Shown piece after piece: positions 50,664 through 61,496 of a stretch of 64,000 bases of DNA. A model generated the notes under the pieces. The model was not told where the DNA came from. It made no database searches and saw only the letters and a program-made list of their open reading frames with translations. The translations under genes were made by a program, and so were the position numbers. Location: NCBI GenBank assembly GCA_963804245.1, contig CAWDPQ010000006.1:186546-250545 (forward strand), written 5' to 3'. Within the stretch, counting starts at the first letter, position 1, and each line of letters opens with the position of its first letter. This DNA comes from an uncultured Acidobacteriota bacterium (GTDB lineage Bacteria; Acidobacteriota; Vicinamibacteria; Vicinamibacterales; 2-12-FULL-66-21).

Positions 50664-53062
50664 TTACTCCGCACGCAGGGCTTTCACGGGGTCGAGCCGC
50701 AAGGCACGGTACACGGGCACCAGGCTGGCCATCAACGCAACAAGGGCGAGCGTGGTCCGCGACGGCAGCAAGCGTCAGCGGAGTCTGATGCGCTCACGCC
50801 AAAGACGAGCGTTTTCATGACCTTCGCCGACGCGAGCGCGGCGATCGTTCCGGCCGCGATGCCGACGAGCACGGGCGACATGCCCTCGACGATCACCAGA
50901 CGAAGGACGTCGGATGTCCGCGCGCCAAGCGCACTTCTGATCCCGATCTCGCGGCTGCGTCCGCGCACGATGTACGAGAGGACGCTGTAGATTCCGACTG
51001 CGGCGAGCAACAGCGCGACTCCCGCAAAGACTCCGAGCAGCAGCGCGCTGAAGCGCTGCGACGTCAGTTTCTCGTCGAGCACCTGCACCATCGTCCGGAT
51101 ATCTCCGACCGGCTGCTCCGGATCGATCGCGCGGATCGCTGCAACGGCGGGCTGGGCGAGCGTGGCGGGCGGCACTGATGTCCGTAGGACGAACGTTGCC
51201 CTGCCATAAGGCTCGCGGGTGTAGAAGTACGCCGTGGGCGTCGGTGGCTTCAGTGAGATTTCGCTGCTTGACGTCACCCACGATTCCGACCACCTGCCGA
51301 AGCACCGTCTTGAAGGCTGGCAGGGTCGCAGGCGTCCGATCGGATCGTCTGCTCCCCAATACAGCTTCGCGGCGTCCGCGCTCACCAGCAGCACCTCTGC
51401 ATCGCTCCCGACGATTCGCGTCCACGCAGCACCGGAATCCCCATGGCGCGCAGGTAGCCAGGGGTGATTTGCCGAACTTGCACGGCCACCGGATCGCGTT
51501 GAGGCGGGTATCCCTCGAGATGTGAGAGTCTGCGAGGATCCGTCGGCGAAGGGCAGGTCGTCGATCGTTCCCGCAGCCTCGACGCCGGGAAGCGCCCGAA
51601 TGCGCTGCAACGCCGCGTCGAAGAATGACGATCGCTGTGCCGGCGACGGGTACCGTGCGTCCACGAGCCTCACAACCATCGTCAGGACAATGTTCCGATC
51701 GAAGCCGGTGTCGCTGTGCCTAAGAGCCAGCAGGCTCTGGATCATCACGCCAGCGCCCATCAAGAACACCAGCGACAGCGCGACCTCGCACACGATCAGC
51801 AAGCGGCGCGTGCCGACACCGATCGCCCCGTCGCTGCGCCCACCTTCCTTGAGCGCTCGTTGAGGTCGGACCGGCCTGCGCGCACGGCCGGCAGCGTCCC
51901 GGCGAGCATGCCGGTGAGCATCGACACCCCCACCGCGAACAGCAGCACTCGCCCATCGATCGAGATTTCCTCCGCCCTCGGCACCTGGCTGGCGAGCAGC
52001 GTCGAGGCTGACGTGAGAGTCCCGTACGCGAGCAGAAGCCCGAGCGCGCCACCGGCGCCCGCGAGCAGCAAGGCTTCGGTCAACAGCTGCTGAAACACGC
52101 GTCCGCGTCCCGCGCCAAGCGCCGAGCGAATCGCGATCTCCTTGCGTCGGCTCAGGGCGCGAGTGAACAGCAGGTTACCGACGTTGGCGCAGGCGATGAG
52201 GAGGACCAACCCGACGGCGCCGAGCAGCATGAGAAGCATCGTGCGGCTATTGCCGACGATTTCCTCCTGCATCGGGATGACCACGGCTCCCCAGCCTCGT
52301 CCGTCCGATGTGGGGAACTCACGCGCGAGCCGTGCGGAGATCGCGTCCATCTCGGCTTGCGCCTGGGCCAGTTCGACATCTCGCTTCAGACGCGCGACGC
52401 CATACCGATTGTGATTCCCACGGGCGGCGCGCTGCTCGTCGGTGAGTGCGAGCGGGATCCAGACGTCGCTTGCCATCCCGGTCCATGACTCGACCGAGGC
52501 AGTGGCCGGCATGACTCCGACGATGGTGTACGCTTCGTCGCTGAGCTTCACCGTGCGCCCGATCACGTCTGGGTGTCCGCCGAATTCTGTTCTCCAGAAC
52601 CGGTCGCTCAGGACGACCCGTGCTTGCTGCCTGGCGTGTCCTCCTCTTGCCGAAAGACGCGTCCGAGCGCCGGTCGGGCTCTGACGACCTCGAAAAAGCC
52701 CGCGCTCACGGCTGTCGCACGTACTGTTCGCGCGGCACCCGTGCCAGTGAGCGCGAGCTCCCTGAAGCCGCAGCATTGATACATCGCCATGCCCTCGAAC
52801 GACTGCGCATCCCGCTGCCAGCCGTAGAACTTGCCTGGGGAGAGCTCGAAGAGTCGACCGCCCGGTGTGCGGGTGAAGATCGCACCAGGCGTTCCGGCTC
52901 CTCGAACGGCAGCGGACGCAGCAGGACCGAGTTGACGATGCTGAAGATCGTGGTGTTGGCGCCGATGCCAAGCGCCAGCACGCTGACGACCGCAACGGCG
53001 AACGAGGGTGTCCGGGACATGACCCGGAACGCATAACGAAGATCGGCAAACAACGTACGCAT
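50664..53062 (-). CDS. ADOP/MacB-type duplicated ABC permease (multiple frameshifts)
   Basis: [46 protein letters not shown], ends [10 protein letters not shown]. Confidence 0.88.
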
Positions 53063-53556
53063 CCTCGAGTCTCCTTGTGACGGTCGACGCGGCAATGGAT
53101 TGGCGGAACGGCTGGCTGCGCAGCCAGGCAGCACGTTGCCACCTACTCCAGGCGGCATCTTTACGTTCGACATCTTCAATCCCGATGTCAGGATGCTGGC
53201 CCGGCCGGACCAGCGCTTTCCTGTGATGAAAGTGAGCACAGCTACGTTCGGGCCGCTTCCGCCGTCGGCCTTGAGCTACTCAGTGGGTTCGGCGATCTGT
53301 CCCGCGCGCCGTTCGGCCTCGCGAGTCGGTCGCAAGTATGTCTGTGCCGGCGACCGGTCTGACGCGCGAGCGCTTACGACAAGATTTGTAGCGTACGTCA
53401 GGCCGACGATGTCGAGCGCGGCCGCGATGACGAGCGAGTTGGTTTGGGTGGTTGTTGAAGTGACCTGCGCGGCCAGCGTCTGACTCGAGTAAGTGTCATC
53501 TCCAGATGACATCGTTGCAAGAAACAAGATCTGACCCCTACCCCCGCTCCCAGAAA

Positions 53557-53591
53557 GCTGGAAGCTGGCGGCTGGTAGCTGGTAGCTGACC
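53557..53591 (+). repeat. GCTGG-type heptamer array x5
   Basis: GCTGGAA GCTGGCG GCTGGTA GCTGGTA GCTGACC. Confidence 0.8.
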
Positions 53592-53592
53592 C

Positions 53593-53994
53593 TCACCAAT
53601 CGACGTAATTCGACCCGTCGAGCGAGGTGCCCGGAGCCCCACTCTTCACATCGTAGATCCCAGCCTCCGCCGACGGATTACCGGGATCCGGCTCCGCGGG
53701 AACTGTCGTCCACGTCGTGGCCGATTTTGTGACGGGATCGTCGGGAATCTTGCGGATGTAACCGTCGCTGACCAGCGAATCGAGCGACGCTGGGTACTTC
53801 CCCTTGTCGGCGTAGTACTGATCGATCGCGTCACGCATCGAGAACAGGTCGTGCTTCAGCGTGACTTCCTCCGCGCGGCGGACCGAGTTCCGATACTGGA
53901 CCATGCCCATGGCGGCCAGGATCGAAATCATCGAAATGACGACGAGCAGTTCGATGAGGGTGAAGCCGCGCGAGTTGCGGTATTCGAATTTCAT
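53593..53994 (-). CDS. GspG-like pseudopilin
   Basis: GFTLIELL N-methylation motif, DP.T, YDVKSG. Confidence 0.9.
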   Translation of the reverse strand: MKFEYRNSRGFTLIELLVVISMISILAAMGMVQYRNSVRRAEEVTLKHDLFSMRDAIDQYYADKGKYPASLDSLVSDGYIRKIPDDPVTKSATTWTTVPAEPDPGNPSAEAGIYDVKSGAPGTSLDGSNYVDW

Positions 53995-54009
53995 GTTACG
54001 GCTCCGCGT

Positions 54010-54498
54010 TTACCATTCGCGATACTTGGTGCCGTCGAGCGCGGTGCCCGTCGACTTGGTGTAGACGTCGAAGACGTTCTGACCGCCCCAGGATGTCGCG
54101 TCCGCCTTGTCCTGGAACGAGCGCAGACCCCACTCCGCCGAGTGGGTCATCGGATCGATGGGAATCCGGCGCAGGAACTTCAGCTTTCGTCCCGAGGCGT
54201 CGTTGGCCACGCTGACGCCATCGACCAGCGTTTCCAGATCCGGTGGATAGCCCTCGCTGCCGGCCTTGACGTCAGTCGAGCCGATCAGACCGTTGTCAAC
54301 GGCGTCCTTGTACTTGTCGATCGCTACGCGCATTTCACGCAGGTAGCGGTGCAGCTCGGCCTCACGCTGGCGCTGTACGGTGACCTTGGACAGCGGCATG
54401 ATCGCCGATGCCAGGATCAGCACGATCGTGGTGACCACGAGCAGTTCGATGAACGTGAATCCCCTGCTCGTCCGCACCGCCGCCCAGCGTCGTCCCAT
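54010..54498 (-). CDS. GspG-like pseudopilin
   Basis: GFTFIELL, FLRRIPIDPMT, DGTKY..W. Confidence 0.9.
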   Translation of the reverse strand: MGRRWAAVRTSRGFTFIELLVVTTIVLILASAIMPLSKVTVQRQREAELHRYLREMRVAIDKYKDAVDNGLIGSTDVKAGSEGYPPDLETLVDGVSVANDASGRKLKFLRRIPIDPMTHSAEWGLRSFQDKADATSWGGQNVFDVYTKSTGTALDGTKYREW

Positions 54499-54502
54499 AG
54501 AA

Positions 54503-57067
54503 CTACCTGACCGTCACCGTCACCGGGCTGAATTGCAGCGGCACGGGCGCGCCGTCAGGCGTGCTCGCCACGCCACTGACCTGGATCATCGAGCCACCCT
54601 GACCGACCGCGTCGAAGAGCAACGCCGCGAGCAGACCCGAGCCGGAGGCACCAGCCTGGTCGCCCGCACGTGTGATCGCGATATCCACGCGGCCGGTGGC
54701 CGCGTCGATCCGCGGAGTGAACGTCGCGCTGATCCCGCCCTGCCGCATGAAGGTGCCGTCCTGCACCATGCGAGCGCGCAGCACGTTCGGATTGAACGTC
54801 ACGGTGAGAGTCACGACCGAGACACGCGACGCGTTATTGATCGAAACCGGCACCGTGTACGGTCCGCCGGCGATCTGGAACGCGGTACCCGGCACGGTAA
54901 CGATCACTTGTGCTGGCGTGGCAGTCGCGGCCGGATCGGTGGTGGCGGGGAACGCCGCCGGATCGCGCACAGGCGTGCCTCCGGGTGTCGTCCCTGGAGG
55001 TGCGGCCTCGGGTGTTGGCGTCACCCCGGCAGGTGGCGCCGCGGTTGGTGACGGCGTCACTCCAGCAGGTGGAGTCGCTCCTGCCGGTGCCGCGCCGGGT
55101 GTGGGCGGGGTACCGGTCGGAGGCGCCGGAGTCGGAAACGACGGCTGATCGGGCGCCGGTGTCGGCATCGTCGGCACCGGGAACGTCCCAGGCGGCGGTG
55201 TCGGATTCACCGGCTGCGCACCTGGCTCCGACGCCACCGGCGGGCGCGGCATTCCCGGTTGCGGAGTCGGTGTTCGACGTGCGGCTGCTGCCGCAGCTGG
55301 CGCCGGTGCTGGCGCGTCGGGTGCGGGCGCAATCAGCGGAGGCGGTCCGCCCAGTCCAATGTTCTGCTGCGTCCCAATGTAAATCGGCGCCAGGTCGTCT
55401 GCCGTCAACTCGTGCGTGCGGACGATGTGCGGCGTCAGGAGCATGACGATGTCCGTCTGCTCGATCTGCTGATCGTTGTCCGATAGGAATTGCTTGAAGA
55501 CCGGAAGACGCAGAATTCCAGGGAACCCACGCAGATCCTTGCGGTCACGCTCACGCAGCAACCCAGCTAGAAGGTTGGACTCACCTTCCCGGAGGCGCAG
55601 CCTGGTCGTGACCTTGCGCGACCCGAAGGTGGGTACCAGCTGCCCGGCGACCAGGATCGGAGTTCCGAGCGTGCTGTTCTCTACCATCAGCTCGAGAATA
55701 ATCTCCCCGTCGTAGGTGACCCGCGGCGTCACCTCCAGGATCACGCCGACCGAACGGTAGTTGAAGGAAGACTGCGGGATGCTGGCGAATCCGCCCTGCG
55801 CGGCGGCGCCGAAAACGGTGGAGAGCACCGGAATATCGTCGCCAAGGTTGAGCGTAAGCTTCTGGCCTTCGGCGCCGCGCAGCTGCGGCTTGGCAATGGT
55901 CTTCGTGTGAGAATCACTCTCGAGGAACCTTACCTGCGCGGTCGGCACACTCATGTAAAAGTCCGCCGTGCTGACGCCCTGAGAGATCGTGTTCAGGTTG
56001 AAAGGCGGCGGCGACGGCGGCGGCTGGCTCAGGTTCGCGCTCGTATTGGGTGGCGATACTTCTGGCGAGAATGTGATGCCAACGGCATATGCATTCAGAT
56101 TGAGCCCGAACTGCTTCGCACGATTGCGGTTCACTTCGAGGATCTGGACATCGATCAGGACTTCGGCCCGCGGTTTGTCGTTCGACCGGATGATCCGCTC
56201 GATGATGTCGACGACTGCCGCCGTGGCGCGCACCGTGATCGTGTTCGCCGTCTTGTTGGCCATGAGGGTCGGCTGCACGGCCATCTGCGGCACGCGCATG
56301 ATCGTGCTGACCAACTGCGAGAGTTCCTGCGCCTCGACGTGCGAGACGTAGAACACCTTCACCACCAGGTCGTCGTACTGCGCATGCTTGGTCGGCGTAT
56401 CGTCGACGACGACGATCGTGCGCGGATCGACGACTTTGTAGAACTTCTGATTGGCGGTCATGATCTGCTGAAGCGACTGCTCCAGCGTCACGCCGTCCAG
56501 CGTGACCGTGTACGCACGATCCTGAAACTGTTGATCGAACGTCACGTTGATCCCCGTCATGTCGCCGATCGTCCGCAGGATGTCGCGCAGGCTGGCGTTG
56601 TTGAAGGTGACCTTGATGGGATCTCGGGAAGCCGGATCGAGCAGCGGACGCTGCTGCCGAGCCTGTTCCCGCAGCGTGTCGATTCGCGGCTTGGGTCGCC
56701 CGGCTTCGATTCGGTCGCGAATGATCTTCTCGAGCTCAACGGCCCTGGCTGCAGCCAGCCGGTTCGATGCGTCGCTTTCGAGCGCCTTGCGATACTCGAT
56801 CAAGGCCAGATCCAACTGATCTTTCTGTTCGAGCTCACGCGCGCGGCTGATGTGCTCGAGCGAGGCGCTCTGCTGCGCGCGCTCCAGCGCAATCTTGTAT
56901 TCCGGTTTGTTCGGGTTGTCCTGGACCGCCTGGGTAAAGTACTTGACTGCCGAATCCCAGTCGCCGTTCGATGCCGCCTGCATACCTTGTCGGTACGGCC
57001 GTCCGCCGGCGCAGCCCGAAACAATCGCGGCGCATATGAGAATGATCGTCAGCCTGCGTTTCAACAC
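54503..57067 (-). CDS. Secretin (GspD/PilQ family) with N-terminal lipobox and TPR, Pro-rich linker, C-terminal cohesin-like domain
   Basis: VSGC, IDVQILEV, YRSVGVILEVTP, LLAGL, PGILRLP, LLTPHIV. Confidence 0.9.
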   Translation of the reverse strand: MLKRRLTIILICAAIVSGCAGGRPYRQGMQAASNGDWDSAVKYFTQAVQDNPNKPEYKIALERAQQSASLEHISRARELEQKDQLDLALIEYRKALESDASNRLAAARAVELEKIIRDRIEAGRPKPRIDTLREQARQQRPLLDPASRDPIKVTFNNASLRDILRTIGDMTGINVTFDQQFQDRAYTVTLDGVTLEQSLQQIMTANQKFYKVVDPRTIVVVDDTPTKHAQYDDLVVKVFYVSHVEAQELSQLVSTIMRVPQMAVQPTLMANKTANTITVRATAAVVDIIERIIRSNDKPRAEVLIDVQILEVNRNRAKQFGLNLNAYAVGITFSPEVSPPNTSANLSQPPPSPPPFNLNTISQGVSTADFYMSVPTAQVRFLESDSHTKTIAKPQLRGAEGQKLTLNLGDDIPVLSTVFGAAAQGGFASIPQSSFNYRSVGVILEVTPRVTYDGEIILELMVENSTLGTPILVAGQLVPTFGSRKVTTRLRLREGESNLLAGLLRERDRKDLRGFPGILRLPVFKQFLSDNDQQIEQTDIVMLLTPHIVRTHELTADDLAPIYIGTQQNIGLGGPPPLIAPAPDAPAPAPAAAAAARRTPTPQPGMPRPPVASEPGAQPVNPTPPPGTFPVPTMPTPAPDQPSFPTPAPPTGTPPTPGAAPAGATPPAGVTPSPTAAPPAGVTPTPEAAPPGTTPGGTPVRDPAAFPATTDPAATATPAQVIVTVPGTAFQIAGGPYTVPVSINNASRVSVVTLTVTFNPNVLRARMVQDGTFMRQGGISATFTPRIDAATGRVDIAITRAGDQAGASGSGLLAALLFDAVGQGGSMIQVSGVASTPDGAPVPLQFSPVTVTVR

Positions 57068-57080
57068 AGCGCTCCTTCGG

Positions 57081-57665
57081 TTATTTCGCCACGCACTCGG
57101 CACCGCTCATGCGCAGTGTCGTGCGTCCTTTGCCGTCGAGGTATTCGATGACGAGGGACTCGACGCCGATCTTCACGATCCGGTACTGCCCCTCGATCAC
57201 TTCCCCCTCGACGCCCTGAACTGTATGCCGACAATCGGTCAGCGCGGCAATTTTACCTACCGACGGCGCTTCGGTGACCCCTATGAATTTCAGCGGGATC
57301 GGCGGCGTCGGTGGTGGCGGTGGGGGCGGCGGCGGCCCCGGTTTTACGCCTTTGTCGCCCGGCGGCCGCGTCGGCGGCAGAACCGGCGCCGCCTTCGGCT
57401 TGAAGCGGAAAGGATTGCGGCCCGTCTCATCCGGCTGTGGCGGCGGCTGTTTCAACGCCTCGAGCCGAACGTCCAGCTCTTCAGGATCCGGCTTCTCCGC
57501 GGCGGCCTGCTGCGACGGTCTGCTGGGATTAGACGTCTGGACCACCGGCTCGGCCGAATCCCTGAGCGACATCACGACGAAGCCGGCAACAACTACACCG
57601 AGCAACACCAGCAGCGCTATACGCGGACGGCGGGCGGTCGTCGTAGCCGTCGTCTCAGTTTGCAT
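57081..57665 (-). CDS. PilP-position hypothetical protein
   Basis: TM helix, RNPF motif, Pro run, PLKFIG; lies between PilO and the secretin. Confidence 0.7.
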   Translation of the reverse strand: MQTETTATTTARRPRIALLVLLGVVVAGFVVMSLRDSAEPVVQTSNPSRPSQQAAAEKPDPEELDVRLEALKQPPPQPDETGRNPFRFKPKAAPVLPPTRPPGDKGVKPGPPPPPPPPPTPPIPLKFIGVTEAPSVGKIAALTDCRHTVQGVEGEVIEGQYRIVKIGVESLVIEYLDGKGRTTLRMSGAECVAK

Positions 57666-58230
57666 TGCCCCCCGTCCGGAAGTAGGTTGACACGAGCGCG
57701 GTCACGCTCAACCCGCGCTCTCCCTCTTCCCCCTGGGCCAGGGCAACGCTCTCGAGAACGCGAAACTCCGGGGATGTCTCGAGCTGATGGATGAACCGGC
57801 GGATGTTGTTGTACTCGCCCTCGAGATTCAGCGTCATCGTCAGTTTCTGCAAGCTGCTGCGCCTATCCGTCTCCGAGTCGAAGTTGTAGCGAACGACCGT
57901 CAGGTTCGATTTCCGCGCCAGCTGATCGATGCTCAAATACAGAATGCGCCGGGCGCCACTTTGATCCGCTGGCAACACGTCCTGGTAGAACTTCTTCAAC
58001 TCGCTATCGGCCTGCCCCTTCCCGGTCACCGTGGCGCGCGCGGCGTTGAAGTCGCGACGGGCATTGGCAAGCTCCCCAATGGCGCTCTGCGACTGCTGTT
58101 CGCCGCCTCGCACCTTCTGTGAAAGCGGGAGCACGACCAGTGCCAGCAGCGCGGCGTTCAGGATCAGTCCGGCGGCAATGAGCCACACCGCACGTCGATG
58201 CTCGGCGACGATGCGCTTGATGTCAGCCAT
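57655..58230 (-). CDS. pilO: PilO/GspM-like protein
   Basis: TM helix and coiled coil, LEGEYNNIRRFIHQLE. Confidence 0.8.
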   Translation of the reverse strand: MADIKRIVAEHRRAVWLIAAGLILNAALLALVVLPLSQKVRGGEQQSQSAIGELANARRDFNAARATVTGKGQADSELKKFYQDVLPADQSGARRILYLSIDQLARKSNLTVVRYNFDSETDRRSSLQKLTMTLNLEGEYNNIRRFIHQLETSPEFRVLESVALAQGEEGERGLSVTALVSTYFRTGGNAN

Positions 58231-58251
58231 CGGTCCGCTCCATGCGCCGAC

Positions 58252-58854
58252 TCATCGGCTGCCGCCTGACTTGCCGGGGGATGCCGCGGGCTTTGCTTCT
58301 TCGACAGCGCCACGGTAGATCGACGTGATCAGGACACGCGTGAGGCCTTCATCGGTCTTGTCATGCTGCTTCGGCAGGACGTTCTCGAACGCGCCGGTTG
58401 CCTCCAGCTTCTCCACGAATTCATCGACGTCCTCGGTGCGCCGGCCCAGGACCATCATCGAGATCACGGTATGGTCTTCCTGGAAAGATGGATGTACCTC
58501 GGTCAGCATCACGTCGGCCGGCAGCGTTTCTTCGATCCGATTGAAGAACTCGGTCCAGGAAAATGTCCGCTGGTCGATCAGAATGTTCGCTTCCTCCGCG
58601 GCGGCGACGATCGTTTTCAGCTCCGCCTGGTTGATGCCGCTTCGGATCGTTGCGGCCTCGCGGCGTAGTCGCCCCGACTCGTCACGCTCGCCGGACGTGC
58701 TCGACGCGAGCTGCGTATTCTGCTGCGACAGCGAGATGACGCGCGTGACGTTGAAGAGCGTCAGGGCGAGCACCACTCCGCCTGCCAGGAGCAGCAGGAG
58801 CTGCACCGCGCGCTCGTTGTAGAAAGGCCGTGTCGAAAGATTTCCGCGAAGCAC
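58252..58854 (-). CDS. pilN: PilN-like protein
   Basis: NLSTRPF, TM helix, WTEFF..IE..LP..V.L. Confidence 0.8.
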   Translation of the reverse strand: MLRGNLSTRPFYNERAVQLLLLLAGGVVLALTLFNVTRVISLSQQNTQLASSTSGERDESGRLRREAATIRSGINQAELKTIVAAAEEANILIDQRTFSWTEFFNRIEETLPADVMLTEVHPSFQEDHTVISMMVLGRRTEDVDEFVEKLEATGAFENVLPKQHDKTDEGLTRVLITSIYRGAVEEAKPAASPGKSGGSR

Positions 58855-59817
58855 TTACGCCACCCGCTCTCGGAGAAGCATGCCCAGAGCCGGAGCGAGC
58901 GCGTCGAGCAGCTCGGGGCCCGTCTCAATGCGATCGCGCATGGCAACTGCCGATCGAAAGTCTACGAGATCGACTTTGACGCCAGCGCGCTCTTCGAGCA
59001 TCCGTCGCAGACGCTCGGTCTCGGGGCTTCCGAGCACGGCCGCGCCGGCGAGGACGACGCGTGCGAAGCCGCCGCCGCCCAGCCGGTCCTCATGGTACAT
59101 GGCCGTCTGGTGCACGAGCTCCACGAGGTCCTGCTCGCTTGCCGCGGTGCGGTTCCGGAACGACACGATGTCGTCGCCGCGTACGACGGCAAGCGTCGCG
59201 TAATCGGCAGCGACGTGAACCAGCAGCCAGTCCCCGGATGAGGGTTCGGAGGCCAGCACGGCGTTGATGTAGTTGAAGCTGGCGAGATCCACGAGCCCGG
59301 CATGCGTTCCAGCCGCCTCGCACGCCCGCTCGTAGCTCTTGACGATATCGCGGCGGGCGACGCTGACCAGAAATTCCCGGCCGCCGCCCGGCAGCTCGGC
59401 GGCAGGCTGCCACGCGACCTGGGCGTCCTCGATGCGGAACGGCGCCGCCTTGCGCACCTGCCAGCGGATCAACTGATCGAGGTCCGCCGTCTGCGCCGGC
59501 ACTTTCTCGAATCGAATCAGCGACACTTTGGCCACCGAATCCGGCAGGACGAGCGCGACGCGGCGCGTCCGCAGCCCGATGTGCTGCAACACGGAGCGAA
59601 TGCCCGTCGCCAGCGCTCCCTGATCGTGGACGTTGCCGCTGTTGAGACCAGGCTCGACGGCTCGTGCCGGCAGCGCCACGCTCGCGTAGGCCGAAACGGT
59701 CCGCGACTTGCCGTGGTCGGACATCGCCACAGCCGTCACGCGAGCCGCCGTCACCTCGACGGCGACGTTCGGTGGCGGACTGGCGAGCCAGCCGCCTGAT
59801 GGTTTGGTCTTGCTCAT
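58855..59817 (-). CDS. pilM: PilM-like protein
   Basis: Actin-like fold motifs, PFRIEDA; position in the cluster. Confidence 0.78.
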   Translation of the reverse strand: MSKTKPSGGWLASPPPNVAVEVTAARVTAVAMSDHGKSRTVSAYASVALPARAVEPGLNSGNVHDQGALATGIRSVLQHIGLRTRRVALVLPDSVAKVSLIRFEKVPAQTADLDQLIRWQVRKAAPFRIEDAQVAWQPAAELPGGGREFLVSVARRDIVKSYERACEAAGTHAGLVDLASFNYINAVLASEPSSGDWLLVHVAADYATLAVVRGDDIVSFRNRTAASEQDLVELVHQTAMYHEDRLGGGGFARVVLAGAAVLGSPETERLRRMLEERAGVKVDLVDFRSAVAMRDRIETGPELLDALAPALGMLLRERVA

Positions 59818-61475
59818 TCGACGAACGTCACCTTGTTGATCTCACGCAGGGTGGTCCGCCCGGCGAGAACCTGTTCGACCGCCGATTCACGCAGGAAGCG
59901 CATCCCCTCCTCGCGCGCCGCTTTCTTGATCTCGGACGTCGGCCGCCTGTCGAGAATCATCTCTCGGATGCTGTCCGAGAGATCGAGCAGCTCGCAAATC
60001 GCCGTGCGTCCCTTGTAACCCGTGCCTCCGCACTCGATGCACCCGGCGCCCTCGAAGAAACGGCCGCTGAACTCGAGCGACGTATCGAGCGCCGCCTCCA
60101 TGAGTTGGGCGCGCGTAATCTTCGCTGGACGCTTGCAATGCACGCAGATATTTCGAACGAGACGCTGTGCCAGCACGCAGTTGAGCGCTGAGACGAACTG
60201 GTACGCCTCCACGCCCATGTTGAGAAATCGCCCGAGGACGTCCAGCACGTTGTTGGCGTGAACCGTCGTGAACACCAGGTGGCCGGTCAGCGCCGACTGG
60301 ATGGCGATCTGCGCCGTTTCCGGGTCGCGGATCTCCCCGACCATGATCTTGTCCGGATCGTGGCGCAGAATCGAGCGCAGCCCCCGCGAGAACGTCAGGC
60401 CCTTCTTTTCGTTGATCGGAATCTGCGTGATCCCGCGCAACTGATACTCGACCGGATCCTCGATCGTGATGATTTTGTCTTCGATCGTCTTGATCTCGGA
60501 AAGCGCTGCGTAGAGCGTCGTCGTCTTGCCGCTGCCGGTCGGCCCGGTCACCAGCACCATACCGTAAGGTTCGGCGATGTACTTGCGGAATCGACGCAGC
60601 TCGTCCTCCGGAAATCCCAGAATGTCCAGCCGCAGTTCGCGGAACTGTTCACTGATCGATTCCTTGTCGAGAATACGGATGACGGCATCTTCGCCATGCA
60701 CACTGGGCATGATCGACACGCGGAAGTCGATGCTCTTGCCGCCCATGCGGACCTTGAACCGTCCGTCCTGCGGCACCCGTTTCTCGGCGATGTCGAGCTC
60801 CGCCATGACCTTCACGCGCGAGATGATCGTGCTGTGAAAGTGCTTGGCGATGGGCCGCATCGCCGGCTGCAGCACGCCGTCGATGCGGTACTTCACGTGC
60901 ACCGCGTCGTCGCCGGTTTCAATGTGAATGTCGCTCGCCCGCTTCTGAATAGCCGTGAAGATCGTCGTGTCGACGAGGCGAATGACCGGACTCTGATCTG
61001 CGGTCAGCTTGGCGACGGTGAGCTGATCTTCACCCGACTCGTCTTCGCGCAGGATTTGCAGCTGGAAGCTCTCAGTGGCTTCCTCGAGGACGCGTTGCGA
61101 GCTCTCGCTCTTCTTCAGAATCGCTTCGATCGACGACGGCGTGCCCACCGTGACTTTGATCGGCGTCGCCAGCAGCACCGCCAGCTCATCGATCATCGGC
61201 AGGTCGGTCGGATCGGACACGACGATGACGAGGGTCTGCCCCTCACGCCGGCACGGCACGAAGCCGTAGCGAAGCATCAGATCCGCAGGAATCGCGCGGA
61301 AGAGCTCGTGGTCGATGCTGAACTGCGAGAGCTCGACGAACTCGAGCCGGTAACGCTCGGCCAGGCGCCGGGCTTGCGCCGACTCCGCCGCTCGCTCGGC
61401 GGCGCTCGTTTCCGGAGCGCCGATGTAGAGCTCGGTCTCGACGCCGTTGGTCGTTGTCGTGTTTCCGTTGGACAT
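59814..61475 (-). CDS. GspE/PilB ATPase
   Basis: ASDIHIE, PQDGR, GPTGSGKTTT, EDPVE, GEIRD, TGHLV, CxxC pairs. Confidence 0.95.
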   Translation of the reverse strand: MSNGNTTTTNGVETELYIGAPETSAAERAAESAQARRLAERYRLEFVELSQFSIDHELFRAIPADLMLRYGFVPCRREGQTLVIVVSDPTDLPMIDELAVLLATPIKVTVGTPSSIEAILKKSESSQRVLEEATESFQLQILREDESGEDQLTVAKLTADQSPVIRLVDTTIFTAIQKRASDIHIETGDDAVHVKYRIDGVLQPAMRPIAKHFHSTIISRVKVMAELDIAEKRVPQDGRFKVRMGGKSIDFRVSIMPSVHGEDAVIRILDKESISEQFRELRLDILGFPEDELRRFRKYIAEPYGMVLVTGPTGSGKTTTLYAALSEIKTIEDKIITIEDPVEYQLRGITQIPINEKKGLTFSRGLRSILRHDPDKIMVGEIRDPETAQIAIQSALTGHLVFTTVHANNVLDVLGRFLNMGVEAYQFVSALNCVLAQRLVRNICVHCKRPAKITRAQLMEAALDTSLEFSGRFFEGAGCIECGGTGYKGRTAICELLDLSDSIREMILDRRPTSEIKKAAREEGMRFLRESAVEQVLAGRTTLREINKVTFVE

Positions 61476-61496
61476 GGTCTTGATTGATTGGCGCGT

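Larger units (their letters stand above)
50397..53538. mobile_element. Putative non-autonomous element bounded by 45-bp inverted repeats (GGGGTCAG ends)
   Basis: 50397-50441 versus reverse complement of 53494-53538: 40/45 identical, outer 23 perfect; no transposase inside. Confidence 0.65.

Noticed and set aside
53063-53493. ORFs 53100..53483 (+) and 53276..53599 (-) inside the TIR element as a transposase
   Set aside because: No HUH or DDE motifs and no recognisable family; at most a gene remnant.
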